Below are positions 1 to 8,793 of a DNA stretch of 32,000 bases, piece by piece. Position numbers and translations under genes: made by a program. The notes under the pieces were generated by a model. That model did not search any database. It worked only from the letters and a program-made list of their open reading frames with translations, and was not told the origin of the DNA. The DNA lies in NCBI RefSeq assembly GCF_000223395.1, contig NC_015931.1:390001-422000 (forward strand), written 5' to 3'. Source of the DNA: Pyrolobus fumarii 1A. Lineage in GTDB: Archaea; Thermoproteota; Thermoprotei_A; Sulfolobales; Pyrodictiaceae. How positions within the stretch are numbered: position 1 is the first letter of the stretch; each line of letters opens with the position of its first letter.

Positions 1-1251
1 AAGCACCTTTGCCGGCGGCCACTCCTCGACGATCCAGAACGGCTCTGAAACAACCAAGAATGAATTGAAAGGCGCTATACATCAGCTTGACGGCCACCGT
101 TGTCTTGCCCGTGCGAAACAACCAAGAATGAATTGAAAGGTTGGATTAGCTCGGTTGCTCCAGGCATACCACCCGACCCCCGATGAAACAACCAAGAATG
201 AATTGAAAGGACATCCTCTGGCTTCGCTAGGCGTCGCTTCAGCTTGAAGACAATGAAACAACCAAGAATGAATTGAAAGCAGTAGTTCAGCTGGGCCCAG
301 AGGACGCGGTGGTTGACCCCCACGGAAACAACCAAGAATGAATTGAAAGACACTAATAACTCGCTCAACGTCATCTGGGGTCAGGAATTTCGCGAAACAA
401 CCAAGAATGAATTGAAAGCGCCGCGTCTAGCTCCGCCTGCACACGGGCCGCGATGGTGTCGAAGAAACAACCAAGAATGAATTGAAAGTCGATATCCCTG
501 AGGGCGTGCTCTACGAGCATCCTTCCGTAGAAACAACCAAGAATGAATTGAAAGTGGTGGCAGCAGCTCATACACCTGGTAGCCTGCGCCGCGCATGAAA
601 CAACCAAGAATGAATTGAAAGTCGGATGTTGAGGTGGCCGTGATACTCCGTCACCTCCGCAACAAGAAACAACCAAGAATGAATTGAAAGGGGGGTGTAT
701 ACGTATCGGGTTAGAGGCCCTCGGGGGCGCTAGAAACAACCAAGAATGAATTGAAAGTGACCACCCATCGGTAACACGCACTATTGCTTGTCATACAACG
801 CTCCTCGTTGCTAGGAAACAACCAAGAATGAATTGAAAGGGCATCAAGTGCCAGGATTAGTGGCTCTTCGCCCGGAATGTCAATGAAACAACCAAGAATG
901 AATTGAAAGCGCCTTGAACGTGACGATCCGCATAGATCCGCACCGGTGTTACCCGAAACAACCAAGAATGAATTGAAAGCCATCCATGCAGACGGTGGTG
1001 GAATGCCGGACATAGACGATGTGAAACAACCAAGAATGAATTGAAAGGTTCTCGCCGCCGTAGTACATGCGTATCGTCACCGTCCCGTTGAAACAACCAA
1101 GAATGAATTGAAAGCGAGACCCTCAGCGACGCGCTCTCTAACGCTGTTTACGAAACAACCAAGAATGAATTGAAAGTATGCCCCTGTGGACGATGTCCCC
1201 GAGGAAGAGCCAGGGCTCCTGCATGCGAAACAACCAAGAATGAATTGAAAG
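1..1251 (+). CRISPR. CRISPR array: 18 identical 25-nt repeats GAAACAACCAAGAATGAATTGAAAG, 17 complete spacers plus a partial spacer at the window edge; continues off the left edge
   Basis: Seen directly. Repeats start at 47,115,185,255,325,394,464,530,597,666,733,815,885,955,1023,1090,1152,1227. Spacer lengths are 43,45,45,45,44,45,41,42,44,42,57,45,45,43,42,37,50 nt. Bases 1-46 are a partial spacer. Strand is assigned because the repeat ends in ATTGAAAG, the 8-nt crRNA 5' handle known for Sulfolobales-type I-A/III-B repeats. Confidence 0.97.
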
Positions 1252-1646
1252 TCAATAACATACACGACGCCTCTCATGCATGGCGGCGTAACGCTCATGA
1301 TCATCACCGCTGGGTCCGTTGTGTTGTCGATTTCGTACTACAACCTGGCAGGACGCTTGGCCAGATCTATGCCGCCGTATCCCTACGGCGAAACCGGACT
1401 ACTACATGGACGGCTGTAAATGCTACAATATCGGTGGTGCGGCTTCCTAAGCGGCACCGAGCTATACTTGAACTGCATAATCTCGCTGAAGGAGGTCTCA
1501 CGAGCAGCGAACCCGGGATACGCACGATGCTCGAGGGCGGAGAAAGTACCTTCTTCAAGTGCCTGGAGGGAAACGAGGCAGGGATGATACTCGCGCTACC
1601 ATCGTGAACCGGTGCGAGGCTCCCGTCTGGTGTAGATGGACGGGCG

Positions 1647-2096
1647 TTAGTATCTCTCCACACTACCAGGAGCAAGGATGAACTCCGGTTTGCGCCCGAG
1701 CCACTCACCTATCCTCTCCAGGTTCCTGGTAATCTCCCTCTCGGGGCGGAGGAAAAGGGGCGTAGCTGCATATAGCTTGGCGGTTGCAAGGGTGAAGCAG
1801 TCCCCGAGTGCCACGGGTATCCTACACTTACAGTCCGCCGCGTACACCCAGAGATGCTCATCCTCCACTATCTCGACGAGCCCCGAGTCGAGGAGTAGCA
1901 GTATCCTCTCCTCGGCGGTCTCCCTCCCCCAGAGTCTACAGGCAACGTAGAACGCCTCGGTCAGCGAGAGCCTCGCCGCATAGGCATCCACGGCGCCTTT
2001 TACAAGCTCCTCTGCCAGGCGCTTCACAATCCTAGAGCCTGCCATAAGCTCTATGATCACGCTAGCATCGAGCGCCACACGCCTAGAGCCTTTCAT
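1647..2096 (-). CDS. vapC: PIN-domain toxin (VapC-like ribonuclease)
   Basis: 149-aa ORF with the PIN acidic signature: VALDASV near the N-terminus, SLTEAF, ALGDCFTLATA. It overlaps the stop of a small upstream RHH-like ORF by 14 nt, a typical TA operon layout. Confidence 0.8.
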   Translation of the reverse strand: MKGSRRVALDASVIIELMAGSRIVKRLAEELVKGAVDAYAARLSLTEAFYVACRLWGRETAEERILLLLDSGLVEIVEDEHLWVYAADCKCRIPVALGDCFTLATAKLYAATPLFLRPEREITRNLERIGEWLGRKPEFILAPGSVERY

Positions 2097-2355
2097 CCTT
2101 TAGCCTCTCCTCGCGGAGAAGCCTAGCAGCCAAGAGCGTATCGTGCTCCTCGACGGGTCTCCGGAACAGCTCCTCCAGGAGCCAGGGTCTCCTCTCCCTC
2201 AGCCTCTCGTACGCGAGCATCCGCAGAAGCTCATCGTAGTCTAGGCGCCTGCCTAGCCTAGCCTCCATTTCCGCCAAGAGCCTCTCCAAGAGCCTCTTGG
2301 TCTCTATGCTCACCCTTATGGTGGTGTATCGCTGCGTCATATACACACCGTCCAT
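2083..2355 (-). CDS. vapB: Ribbon-helix-helix type antitoxin (VapB-like)
   Basis: Only the C-terminal ~90 aa of ORF 2083..2679 look coding: MDGVYMTQRYTTIRVSIETKRLLERLL..., a beta-strand plus helices typical of RHH antitoxins. ATG at 2355, alternative ATG at 2340. The upstream part of the long ORF has no coding character. Confidence 0.6.
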   Translation of the reverse strand: MDGVYMTQRYTTIRVSIETKRLLERLLAEMEARLGRRLDYDELLRMLAYERLRERRPWLLEELFRRPVEEHDTLLAARLLREERLKDERL

Positions 2356-2867
2356 CTCATACCCATAGCGGTCGAATAATAAGAGTGGCGAGGTACGGAT
2401 CACCCTCGTTGACGTATGCGAGTTGTACATGCACATCCGGGTCTGTAACCGTCGCGTGGCGCGTGTGGCTATGAGTCTCGGGCTGCTGGTTGTGAGCGGC
2501 AGGTATGGTTGAAGCGGTCTGAGGCCCACCGCCGTCGGCACGTGTAGCGGCATTGCTAGCAGCCGCTTAGAAGGGCGACGGAGAGATGTAGAGTCAGATG
2601 CTTGTGTATCAACACGAGTATCTTTGATACGAGCTGTCCCCGTGAATCCCGCTACAGAGGCTATCGTCCATCTCTTCAAGAGGGATGCTTATACTCGCAA
2701 GCATCTCGCGGAGCTCCTGGCCCCGAAGCCGTATGCAAGGCTTGTTAGCATCAACGCTATGCCGGGGGCATTGCGATCAGACTACATGATGAGGTGAGTG
2801 GCCTTTGCCGGGAGAGGGGACGGGAGCGGCTTCGTTCTAACCGGTGGGGTTGATTTCGTGTACTATT

Positions 2868-3509
2868 TTAGGCTGGAGGTGCATCGATGTATACGGTCAG
2901 TATGGTTCTCAGGGTGTCTACCCTCCCTGTCCCTAGCTTCGAGTCGTGCTTGACGAGTATGAAGATTGGCGCCTCGCGGCATTCCCTGTCCTCTGTCTTC
3001 TCTCCCCTGCACCACATGCTGAGCGTGGTATGACTATCAGGTTGCTCGTCGGGTGCGCGTACACCCTCTATCCTCACGCACAGGGGGCTCGTGTCTATAC
3101 TCAGTTTTAGCCTTAGCGGTGTCGGCAGGTGCTCTAGGCTTCTCGGGTCGCGTGTGTATACCGCGTAGCCCTCTATGATCATGCTCTTCTCTACGCTGCC
3201 GAGTACGGACTCCACTGCTACCCGGTCGCCGTAGACCCATTCTCCGCTCGCGGTTTTGGAGAAGGGGCCTCTACGGTAGGCTATCATGGCGTAGCTTGCC
3301 CTGCCGCCCCTCCACTCGAGCCGAAGCCCATCCTCCATGTGCACAAGGACAACGGGCGTATACCTGACACCCTCCTCACCGACAACCATTATGTTCGTCA
3401 CGACGTGGGGGTCTAGCCTGCCATCTATCCTCGGGTAGTGCCCCCATCTCGCGACGAGCCTAGAGCCGAGAGGCTCAAGCCAAGCCTCGTGGTTCACGCG
3501 AGAGTCCAT
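2868..3509 (-). CDS. Hypothetical protein (213 aa)
   Basis: ORF 2868..3965 trimmed to the ATG at 3509 (MDSRVNHEAW...). The N-terminal 152 codons are Ala/Thr/Pro/Arg-rich and run antisense into the start region of the binding-protein gene. No motif recognised. Confidence 0.45.
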   Translation of the reverse strand: MDSRVNHEAWLEPLGSRLVARWGHYPRIDGRLDPHVVTNIMVVGEEGVRYTPVVLVHMEDGLRLEWRGGRASYAMIAYRRGPFSKTASGEWVYGDRVAVESVLGSVEKSMIIEGYAVYTRDPRSLEHLPTPLRLKLSIDTSPLCVRIEGVRAPDEQPDSHTTLSMWCRGEKTEDRECREAPIFILVKHDSKLGTGRVDTLRTILTVYIDAPPA

Positions 3510-3699
3510 AGGGTATCGCCGCGGGTTACCCGTCACGGTGCCCACTGAAGCTCGTTGTGCAGCTAGAGGCCTCTGTACCGACCCGTATACTTCTCGCCCG
3601 TTATTTCCCGGTTGTCGTGTATCCGCCGCGAGACGGGTTCTGAGGCACGCGCTACGCCAATATCTCGTAAGTTGCCCGCCGCGAACGGTGCACCGAGAG

Positions 3700-5958
3700 A
3701 TGCGCGTCGACAAGCATCTGCTCTTCGTGGTTCTCGCCGTTGCTGTTGGTGTGGCGCTACTAGCCTGGATTGCCAGCGTGAGCAGCCCGCAAGGCACGGG
3801 CGTAACCACCAATACTGGGGCGGCTGCAACCACCGGAGCCACTAGCGGTATTGGTGGACGCACGGTTACCCTGACGGACCTCGCGGGTAGGAGGGTCACG
3901 TTGAGGGTGCCCGTCGAGAGGGTGGTTGTCATCGACGGGGGGCACACAGGGTACATCGTCGCCATTGACGCGGTGGCTGGAGAGAGGGGGCTGCGGGCTA
4001 TCGTCGGCCTCGACCTTAGCGAGTGGAGGCGCGTGAGACCACAACTCTACACCCTCTACGTCTCCACGCACCCGTGGCTCGCCCGAGTAGCTGACGTCGG
4101 CGCCTCGTACAAACAGCTCGACATAGAGGAGATTATCAGGCTGAAACCCGACGCGGTGCTCGCGCATCCCACGGCATTCGAGCGTCTTAGGGAGAGCGGT
4201 GGCCTGGCGAGACTCGAGAAGGCGGGGATACCGGTTGTTGTGATAGACTTCCACTCGGAGGAGTGGAGCAAGACCAAGAGGAGCATAGAGATTCTCGGCG
4301 TGCTGTTCGGCGCCGAGGATAGGGCTAGGGAACTCATAGAGTGGTACCGTGAGCATCTGCGCCTCGTGGAGGAGCGCGTGGGCGACCTCCACAAGCCGCC
4401 CGTCTACATCGAGGCGGGGTACAGGGCGTGGCGCACGTGGGGCTCCGGGTACATGTGGGGGAGGCTTGTGGAGATCGCGGGAGGCAAGAACATTGCTGGC
4501 GGGTTGTTCCCGCGCAGCGGCGACGTGAACCCCGAGTTCGTGGCGGAGGCGCAGCCGGAGGTTATCATTGTGACTGGTGGCTGGTGGGCGAGTGGAGGCC
4601 CTAGGCTAGGCCCGAACGTCACGCGCGAGGAGGCGCTCCGGTCGCTAGCCGAGTGGGTCAACCGCACTATACTATCCACGACGCCGGCCCTACGACACTA
4701 TCGTGTGTGCGCCGTGTACCACGCGCTGGCGCGGACTGTCTGGGACGTTGTAGGCCTAGAGTACCTCGCTAAGGCTATACACCCGGCCGCGATGAGAGAC
4801 GTTAACGTTACGCGCGACCTGGAGGAGTTCTTCGAGAGGTTCCTCTCCATCCCCTTCCGCGGCACGTGGTTCGTATGCCTAGAGCCCCCGAGGAGGCAGG
4901 TGACGATAACCGACGCCCTGGGCAGACGTGTGACGATAACCGCGCCAGCGCAGCGAATAGCCGTCATGTACGGCCTCGAGGACCTGGTGGCGGTGGGCGG
5001 CGAGGATGCATTATCGAGGCTTGTCGCGCTCAACAGGTTCAGGTATGAGAGGTGGAGGCCGGACTGGTGGTACATGTGGACCAGCCACTTCCCCTGGATG
5101 AAGGAGCTGCCGAACACCGGCCAGCCCGGCTACGGGCTAAACCTAGAGTCCATCATAGAGTCTAAGCCCGACGTGCTCATAGTAGCGGCCTTCATGTACA
5201 AGCAGCTGGTCGAGAGCGGGGCGATAGAGAAGCTGGAGAGGGCCGGGATCCCGGTTGTAGTGATAGACTTTGTGCCAAAGACCACGAGTCTAGAGGAGCA
5301 CCTGGAGGCGGTGAGGCGCAGTATCTACGCGCTGGGGGTGATCACCGGCTACGAGGATCGCGCCGAGAGGCTCTACAAGCTCTACGAGGAGCACGTGGAG
5401 CATGTGATCGAGCGTGTCTCGGGCCTCGAGCCGACAAGGGTGCTGGTGCTCGCCACGTGGTCCAAGTGGCGTGCCTATGGCGCCGGAGGCATGTACCAGG
5501 TGTGGATAACGCTCGCCAACGGCGAGAACATAGCGGCTGACGTCGTGAAAGGCACGAGCGGGGACATAAACCCGGAGCATGTGATCAAGAGGAACCCCCA
5601 GGTGATAATATTCACGTGTAACAACAACATTGTCACCGCGGAGGGCACGAAGCAGATCGAGGTTATCGGCTACACCGTTAACAGCACGGAGCCCGCAAAG
5701 AGGGTGCTACGCGCGCTTATCGAGAGGCCTGGGTGGGAGAAGCTAGAGGCGGTCAAGAGCTGCAGGGTCTACCTGATACACCATGGCTTGTCGCACGGAC
5801 ACGTATTCCAGTACGTGGCTCTGGAGTACATCGCGAAGTGGCTGCACCCGGAGGCGTTCGCCGACCTAGATCCTCATAAGAGCCTCGAGGAGTTCTTCGA
5901 GGAGTATATGCCGTTCCCCCTGAGGGGTGTGTGGGCCGTTGGCCTATGCGGCGCGTAG
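3700..5958 (+). CDS. ABC transporter substrate-binding protein, iron-siderophore/cobalamin (TroA/BtuF-like) class, tandemly duplicated
   Basis: ATG at 3700 gives MRVDKHLLFVVLAVAVGVALLAWIA (N-terminal membrane anchor), then a Thr/Gly/Ala linker. Two homologous modules follow: RTVTLTDLAGRRVTLRVP...GIPVVVIDFHSEEW...LEEFFERF and RQVTITDALGRRVTITAP...GIPVVVIDFVPKTT...LEEFFEEY. It lies upstream of a FecCD permease and an ABC ATPase. Confidence 0.8.
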   Translation: MRVDKHLLFVVLAVAVGVALLAWIASVSSPQGTGVTTNTGAAATTGATSGIGGRTVTLTDLAGRRVTLRVPVERVVVIDGGHTGYIVAIDAVAGERGLRAIVGLDLSEWRRVRPQLYTLYVSTHPWLARVADVGASYKQLDIEEIIRLKPDAVLAHPTAFERLRESGGLARLEKAGIPVVVIDFHSEEWSKTKRSIEILGVLFGAEDRARELIEWYREHLRLVEERVGDLHKPPVYIEAGYRAWRTWGSGYMWGRLVEIAGGKNIAGGLFPRSGDVNPEFVAEAQPEVIIVTGGWWASGGPRLGPNVTREEALRSLAEWVNRTILSTTPALRHYRVCAVYHALARTVWDVVGLEYLAKAIHPAAMRDVNVTRDLEEFFERFLSIPFRGTWFVCLEPPRRQVTITDALGRRVTITAPAQRIAVMYGLEDLVAVGGEDALSRLVALNRFRYERWRPDWWYMWTSHFPWMKELPNTGQPGYGLNLESIIESKPDVLIVAAFMYKQLVESGAIEKLERAGIPVVVIDFVPKTTSLEEHLEAVRRSIYALGVITGYEDRAERLYKLYEEHVEHVIERVSGLEPTRVLVLATWSKWRAYGAGGMYQVWITLANGENIAADVVKGTSGDINPEHVIKRNPQVIIFTCNNNIVTAEGTKQIEVIGYTVNSTEPAKRVLRALIERPGWEKLEAVKSCRVYLIHHGLSHGHVFQYVALEYIAKWLHPEAFADLDPHKSLEEFFEEYMPFPLRGVWAVGLCGA

Positions 5959-6988
5959 CGAGGCTGTAGCGCTATACGAGCGGCTGGTGGCTAGGAGGAG
6001 GCTAGCGCTCGCCGCATCCGGGGCAACGCTACTCATACTATTTTTGCTCGACGTCTCTCTAGGCCCCACCCTCATACCCCCCGGCGAGCTGGTAACTGCG
6101 CTGTTTAGGCCGGAGAGCGTCGAACCCACGGTCGCCGTAATCGTGTGGGATGTGAGGCTGCCGGTTGCACTAGCAGCTGTGCTCGCCGGAGCCTCCCTCG
6201 GAGCAGCGGGTATCGTGATGCAGGTTATACTGGATAATCCGCTCGCTAGCCCCTACACGCTTGGCGTCGCGGCTGGCGCGGCTTTCGGCGCGGCGCTCGG
6301 CTACGTGATGGGTCTCCAGCTTGTGCCCCTGCTAGGCGAGTATATGGTCACCGTGAACGCCTTCACCGTCGCCCTGGCTGTATGCCTCCTCGTGTACACG
6401 CTTGGGAGGCTACGGGGCTTCACGGCTGAGGCGTTGGTGCTCGCCGGTATAGCGGTGAGCTATGCTTTCCACAGTGGCCTCGCGCTACTAGAGTACATGG
6501 CGTCCGAGGAGGCGCTCCAGGCGATAGTGTTCTGGCTCTTTGGGAGCCTATACAAGGCCACGTGGGGCAAGCTAGCACTCCTGGCGGCCGTGCTCGCGGC
6601 CAGCCTTGCTCTCCTAACGCCGCGCGCCTGGAGGCTCACCGCCCTCCGGCTGGGCGACGAGACGGCCAGGAGCATGGGTGTGGACCCGCGCCGTGAGAGG
6701 CTAGTGGCGTTCACGACGGCCAGCCTGTTGACAGCCACGTGTGTAAGCTTCTTCGGAGTCATAGGGTTCGTTGGGCTCGTCGCGCCGCACACGGCTAGGC
6801 TTATGGCCGGCGAGGATCAGAGGTATACGTTGCCGCTAGCCGCCCTCCACGGCGCCATAATAATGTCCGCAGCCAGCACCCTCAGCAAGGTGATCGTGCC
6901 GGGGGCCGTACTGCCAATAGGCATAGTCACCTCCCTCATAGGCATACCGTTCCTACTCTCGCTCATGGCGCGGGGTGGTAGAAGGTGA
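5927..6988 (+). CDS. ABC transporter permease, FecCD/BtuC family
   Basis: 353-aa polytopic hydrophobic ORF with Gly/Ala-rich helices (LGVAAGAAFGAALGYV, LIGIPFLLSL) typical of FecCD. The GTG at 5927 overlaps the upstream gene by 32 nt. An in-frame GTG at 5987 (MARRRLALAAS...) is a non-overlapping alternative. Confidence 0.85.
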   Translation: MCGPLAYAARSEAVALYERLVARRRLALAASGATLLILFLLDVSLGPTLIPPGELVTALFRPESVEPTVAVIVWDVRLPVALAAVLAGASLGAAGIVMQVILDNPLASPYTLGVAAGAAFGAALGYVMGLQLVPLLGEYMVTVNAFTVALAVCLLVYTLGRLRGFTAEALVLAGIAVSYAFHSGLALLEYMASEEALQAIVFWLFGSLYKATWGKLALLAAVLAASLALLTPRAWRLTALRLGDETARSMGVDPRRERLVAFTTASLLTATCVSFFGVIGFVGLVAPHTARLMAGEDQRYTLPLAALHGAIIMSAASTLSKVIVPGAVLPIGIVTSLIGIPFLLSLMARGGRR

Positions 6989-7809
6989 CTGTCGTCACTA
7001 GGGACATTCACGCCGGCTACAAGGGCAGACCAGTGCTACGCGGCGTCAGCTTCGCCGCCGAGGCTGGCCGCCTCACCGTGATACTGGGGCCTAACGGCGC
7101 CGGAAAATCGACGCTATTGAGGGTGCTGGCGGGCCTGCATAGGCCGGACCGGGGCTACGCCATCATAGCCGGGTTGCGCATCCCCGGCGCGAGCACACGC
7201 GAGATAGCCCGGCGCGTAGGCTACGTCCCGCAGATGCAGCAAGGGCGCCCACTCCTGACCGTGATAGAGTATGTCGCGATGTCGAGGGTTGTGGCTAGGG
7301 GCTCCTGGAGGCTACGCGACGATGACCTCGAGGAGGCGTATCGCGCTCTCCAGCTGCTAGGGATAGAGCACCTGGCGGGTAGGGTGCTGAGCGAGTTGTC
7401 GGGCGGACAGAGGCAACTGGTGAGCATCGCACAAGCACTGGCCAAGAGGCCCCAGGTTCACCTCCTGGATGAGCCTACCTCGGCCCTCGATATCAGGAAC
7501 CAGCATATGCTGCTCGACCTGTTGAGGGAGATAGCCCGGCGCGAGAAGGTCACCATAGTAGCGGTGCTCCACGATATCACGCTGGCAGCCAACTACGCCG
7601 ACGATATAATCGTGATGCGCGACGGCACTATCGTAGCCTGTGGGCCTCCCCAGGAAGTGCTAGACGAGAAGCTAGTGAGCACAGTGTACGGCGTCAACGC
7701 TAGGATAGTGGAGCTCGACGGCTGGAGGACTGTGCTGGTACGCGCACCTGGACGTTCCAGACTAGCACGAGGCGGGAGCCGCGAACAGCGCCAGACCAGC
7801 ACCGTATAA
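6985..7809 (+). CDS. ABC transporter ATP-binding protein (FepC/BtuD-like)
   Basis: Walker A GPNGAGKST (7087-7113), signature LSGGQRQ, Walker B HLLDEPTSALD, H-loop LHD. The GTG start overlaps the permease stop (GTGA). Confidence 0.92.
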   Translation: MTVVTRDIHAGYKGRPVLRGVSFAAEAGRLTVILGPNGAGKSTLLRVLAGLHRPDRGYAIIAGLRIPGASTREIARRVGYVPQMQQGRPLLTVIEYVAMSRVVARGSWRLRDDDLEEAYRALQLLGIEHLAGRVLSELSGGQRQLVSIAQALAKRPQVHLLDEPTSALDIRNQHMLLDLLREIARREKVTIVAVLHDITLAANYADDIIVMRDGTIVACGPPQEVLDEKLVSTVYGVNARIVELDGWRTVLVRAPGRSRLARGGSREQRQTSTV

Positions 7810-7852
7810 GCGCAATGCTTTACTACACCTTCAGGTGTATATATTGTGAGGT

Positions 7853-8758
7853 ATGCTGCTCTTGTCCGCCATATACTCTGACCTGCTGGATATGCTCGGG
7901 AAGCTGTGTAGACGCAAGTGTGACATCTGGGATACGGCGTGTATCTCGGAGCTCGTGAAGTGCTGGTTCATCGAGTGCCTGGAGAGTGTGGGCGACGGGC
8001 GCTACAATGTGTCCGACAAGCCTGGCTGCGAGGCTGGAGGCTACACGGTATTCCAACGTCTCCTAGAGGTGATCGACCGCGCAACCTACGCAAATATAAT
8101 CACCGAGGTTGGGGAGCTGGCAGACCTTCACCGCAGGGCTATTAACGTCAGGCTCGCCCACCTGGATGGGCTGGCATCCCTCACATCCTGGAGCCTCGTC
8201 CTCTTCTTCACCCTCGAGTGGGACTCTCTCCCGGCTGTAAGCAGGAAGAGGAGAGTGTTCTACCTGGAGACCGGCCCGGTCAAGCTAATCTCATCGTGCA
8301 AGAGGAGTCTCCTGGAGCCAGGGCGTAGCGCGCCTAAGATGCTAGAGTGTCGCGTCGAGGCCAGGAGCGACGCGACACTGGCGTATATGAACGTCACGAC
8401 CTCGAGTTTCATATGGGGCCCGAGAAGCTTAAACGATGTGAAGCTTGTCATGCGTGATGCCCGTAGAGCGGGAGACGCGCTAGACGCGCTTGGCGCCCTC
8501 ACGCGTCTCTTACTCTGCAAGCTCGAGGTAAGCGAGATCAAAGAACTGATGCTAGAGGCTATATTGTCGACCCCCTACGTCGAGATTCGGCTTGGTAGAG
8601 GCGGTAGGCTAAGCGCGTGGTACATACACACCTTTACGGGGCTCAGCGAGGCGGCTGGCCACCCACGCTACCTCGAGCAGCTAAAGGAGCTAGACGAGCA
8701 CGCGAAGAACATTCTACGAGAGTTAGAGCGCGTCACCACCATGGCATGCAAAACATAG
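7853..8758 (+). CDS. Hypothetical protein (301 aa), Cys-rich N-terminus
   Basis: Long ORF with ordinary amino-acid composition and no better competing frame. A TATATATT box at 7838-7845 sits only 8 nt before the ATG, so the true start may be the internal Met at 7892. No family motif recognised. Confidence 0.5.
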   Translation: MLLLSAIYSDLLDMLGKLCRRKCDIWDTACISELVKCWFIECLESVGDGRYNVSDKPGCEAGGYTVFQRLLEVIDRATYANIITEVGELADLHRRAINVRLAHLDGLASLTSWSLVLFFTLEWDSLPAVSRKRRVFYLETGPVKLISSCKRSLLEPGRSAPKMLECRVEARSDATLAYMNVTTSSFIWGPRSLNDVKLVMRDARRAGDALDALGALTRLLLCKLEVSEIKELMLEAILSTPYVEIRLGRGGRLSAWYIHTFTGLSEAAGHPRYLEQLKELDEHAKNILRELERVTTMACKT

Positions 8759-8793
8759 GACACGAAGCACACAGTACAACACGTGTTGCCGCG

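Noticed and set aside
75-1307. Six minus-strand ORFs (75..374, 371..781, 381..596, 711..1013, 857..1096, 1077..1307) across the array
   Set aside because: Their translations repeat FNSFLVVS, SIHSWLF and FQFILGCF every 22-23 residues. These peptides are simply the three frames of the CRISPR repeat, so the ORFs are artefacts of the array.
1170-1708. ORFs 1170..1607 (+) and 1367..1708 (-) in the stretch after the last repeat; also considered this stretch as the CRISPR leader
   Set aside because: The ORFs are mutually overlapping, one starts inside a repeat, and they are Arg/Ser/Pro-rich with no motif. I rejected the leader idea because the ATTGAAAG handle orientation puts the leader on the left, and this stretch is not AT-rich. 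I found no degenerate repeat in it.
2356-2679. N-terminal 108 codons of ORF 2083..2679
   Set aside because: The composition is Arg/Thr/Ser/Pro-rich and non-protein-like. The RHH antitoxin signature begins at the internal Met, so the gene was trimmed.
2786-2792. AUGAUGA (C-box-like) in the 0.5-kb gap after vapB, plus two 7-bp-stem hairpins at about 2603-2626 and 2683-2704
   Set aside because: There is no CUGA D box at the expected 50-70 nt distance and no C'/D' pair. Short hairpins alone are expected by chance.
3510-3965. N-terminal 152 codons of ORF 2868..3965, and the first 54 codons of ORF 3538..5958
   Set aside because: These are antisense overlaps typical of high-GC DNA. The binding protein has a clear membrane-anchor start at 3700, and the minus-strand gene has a sensible Met at 3509.
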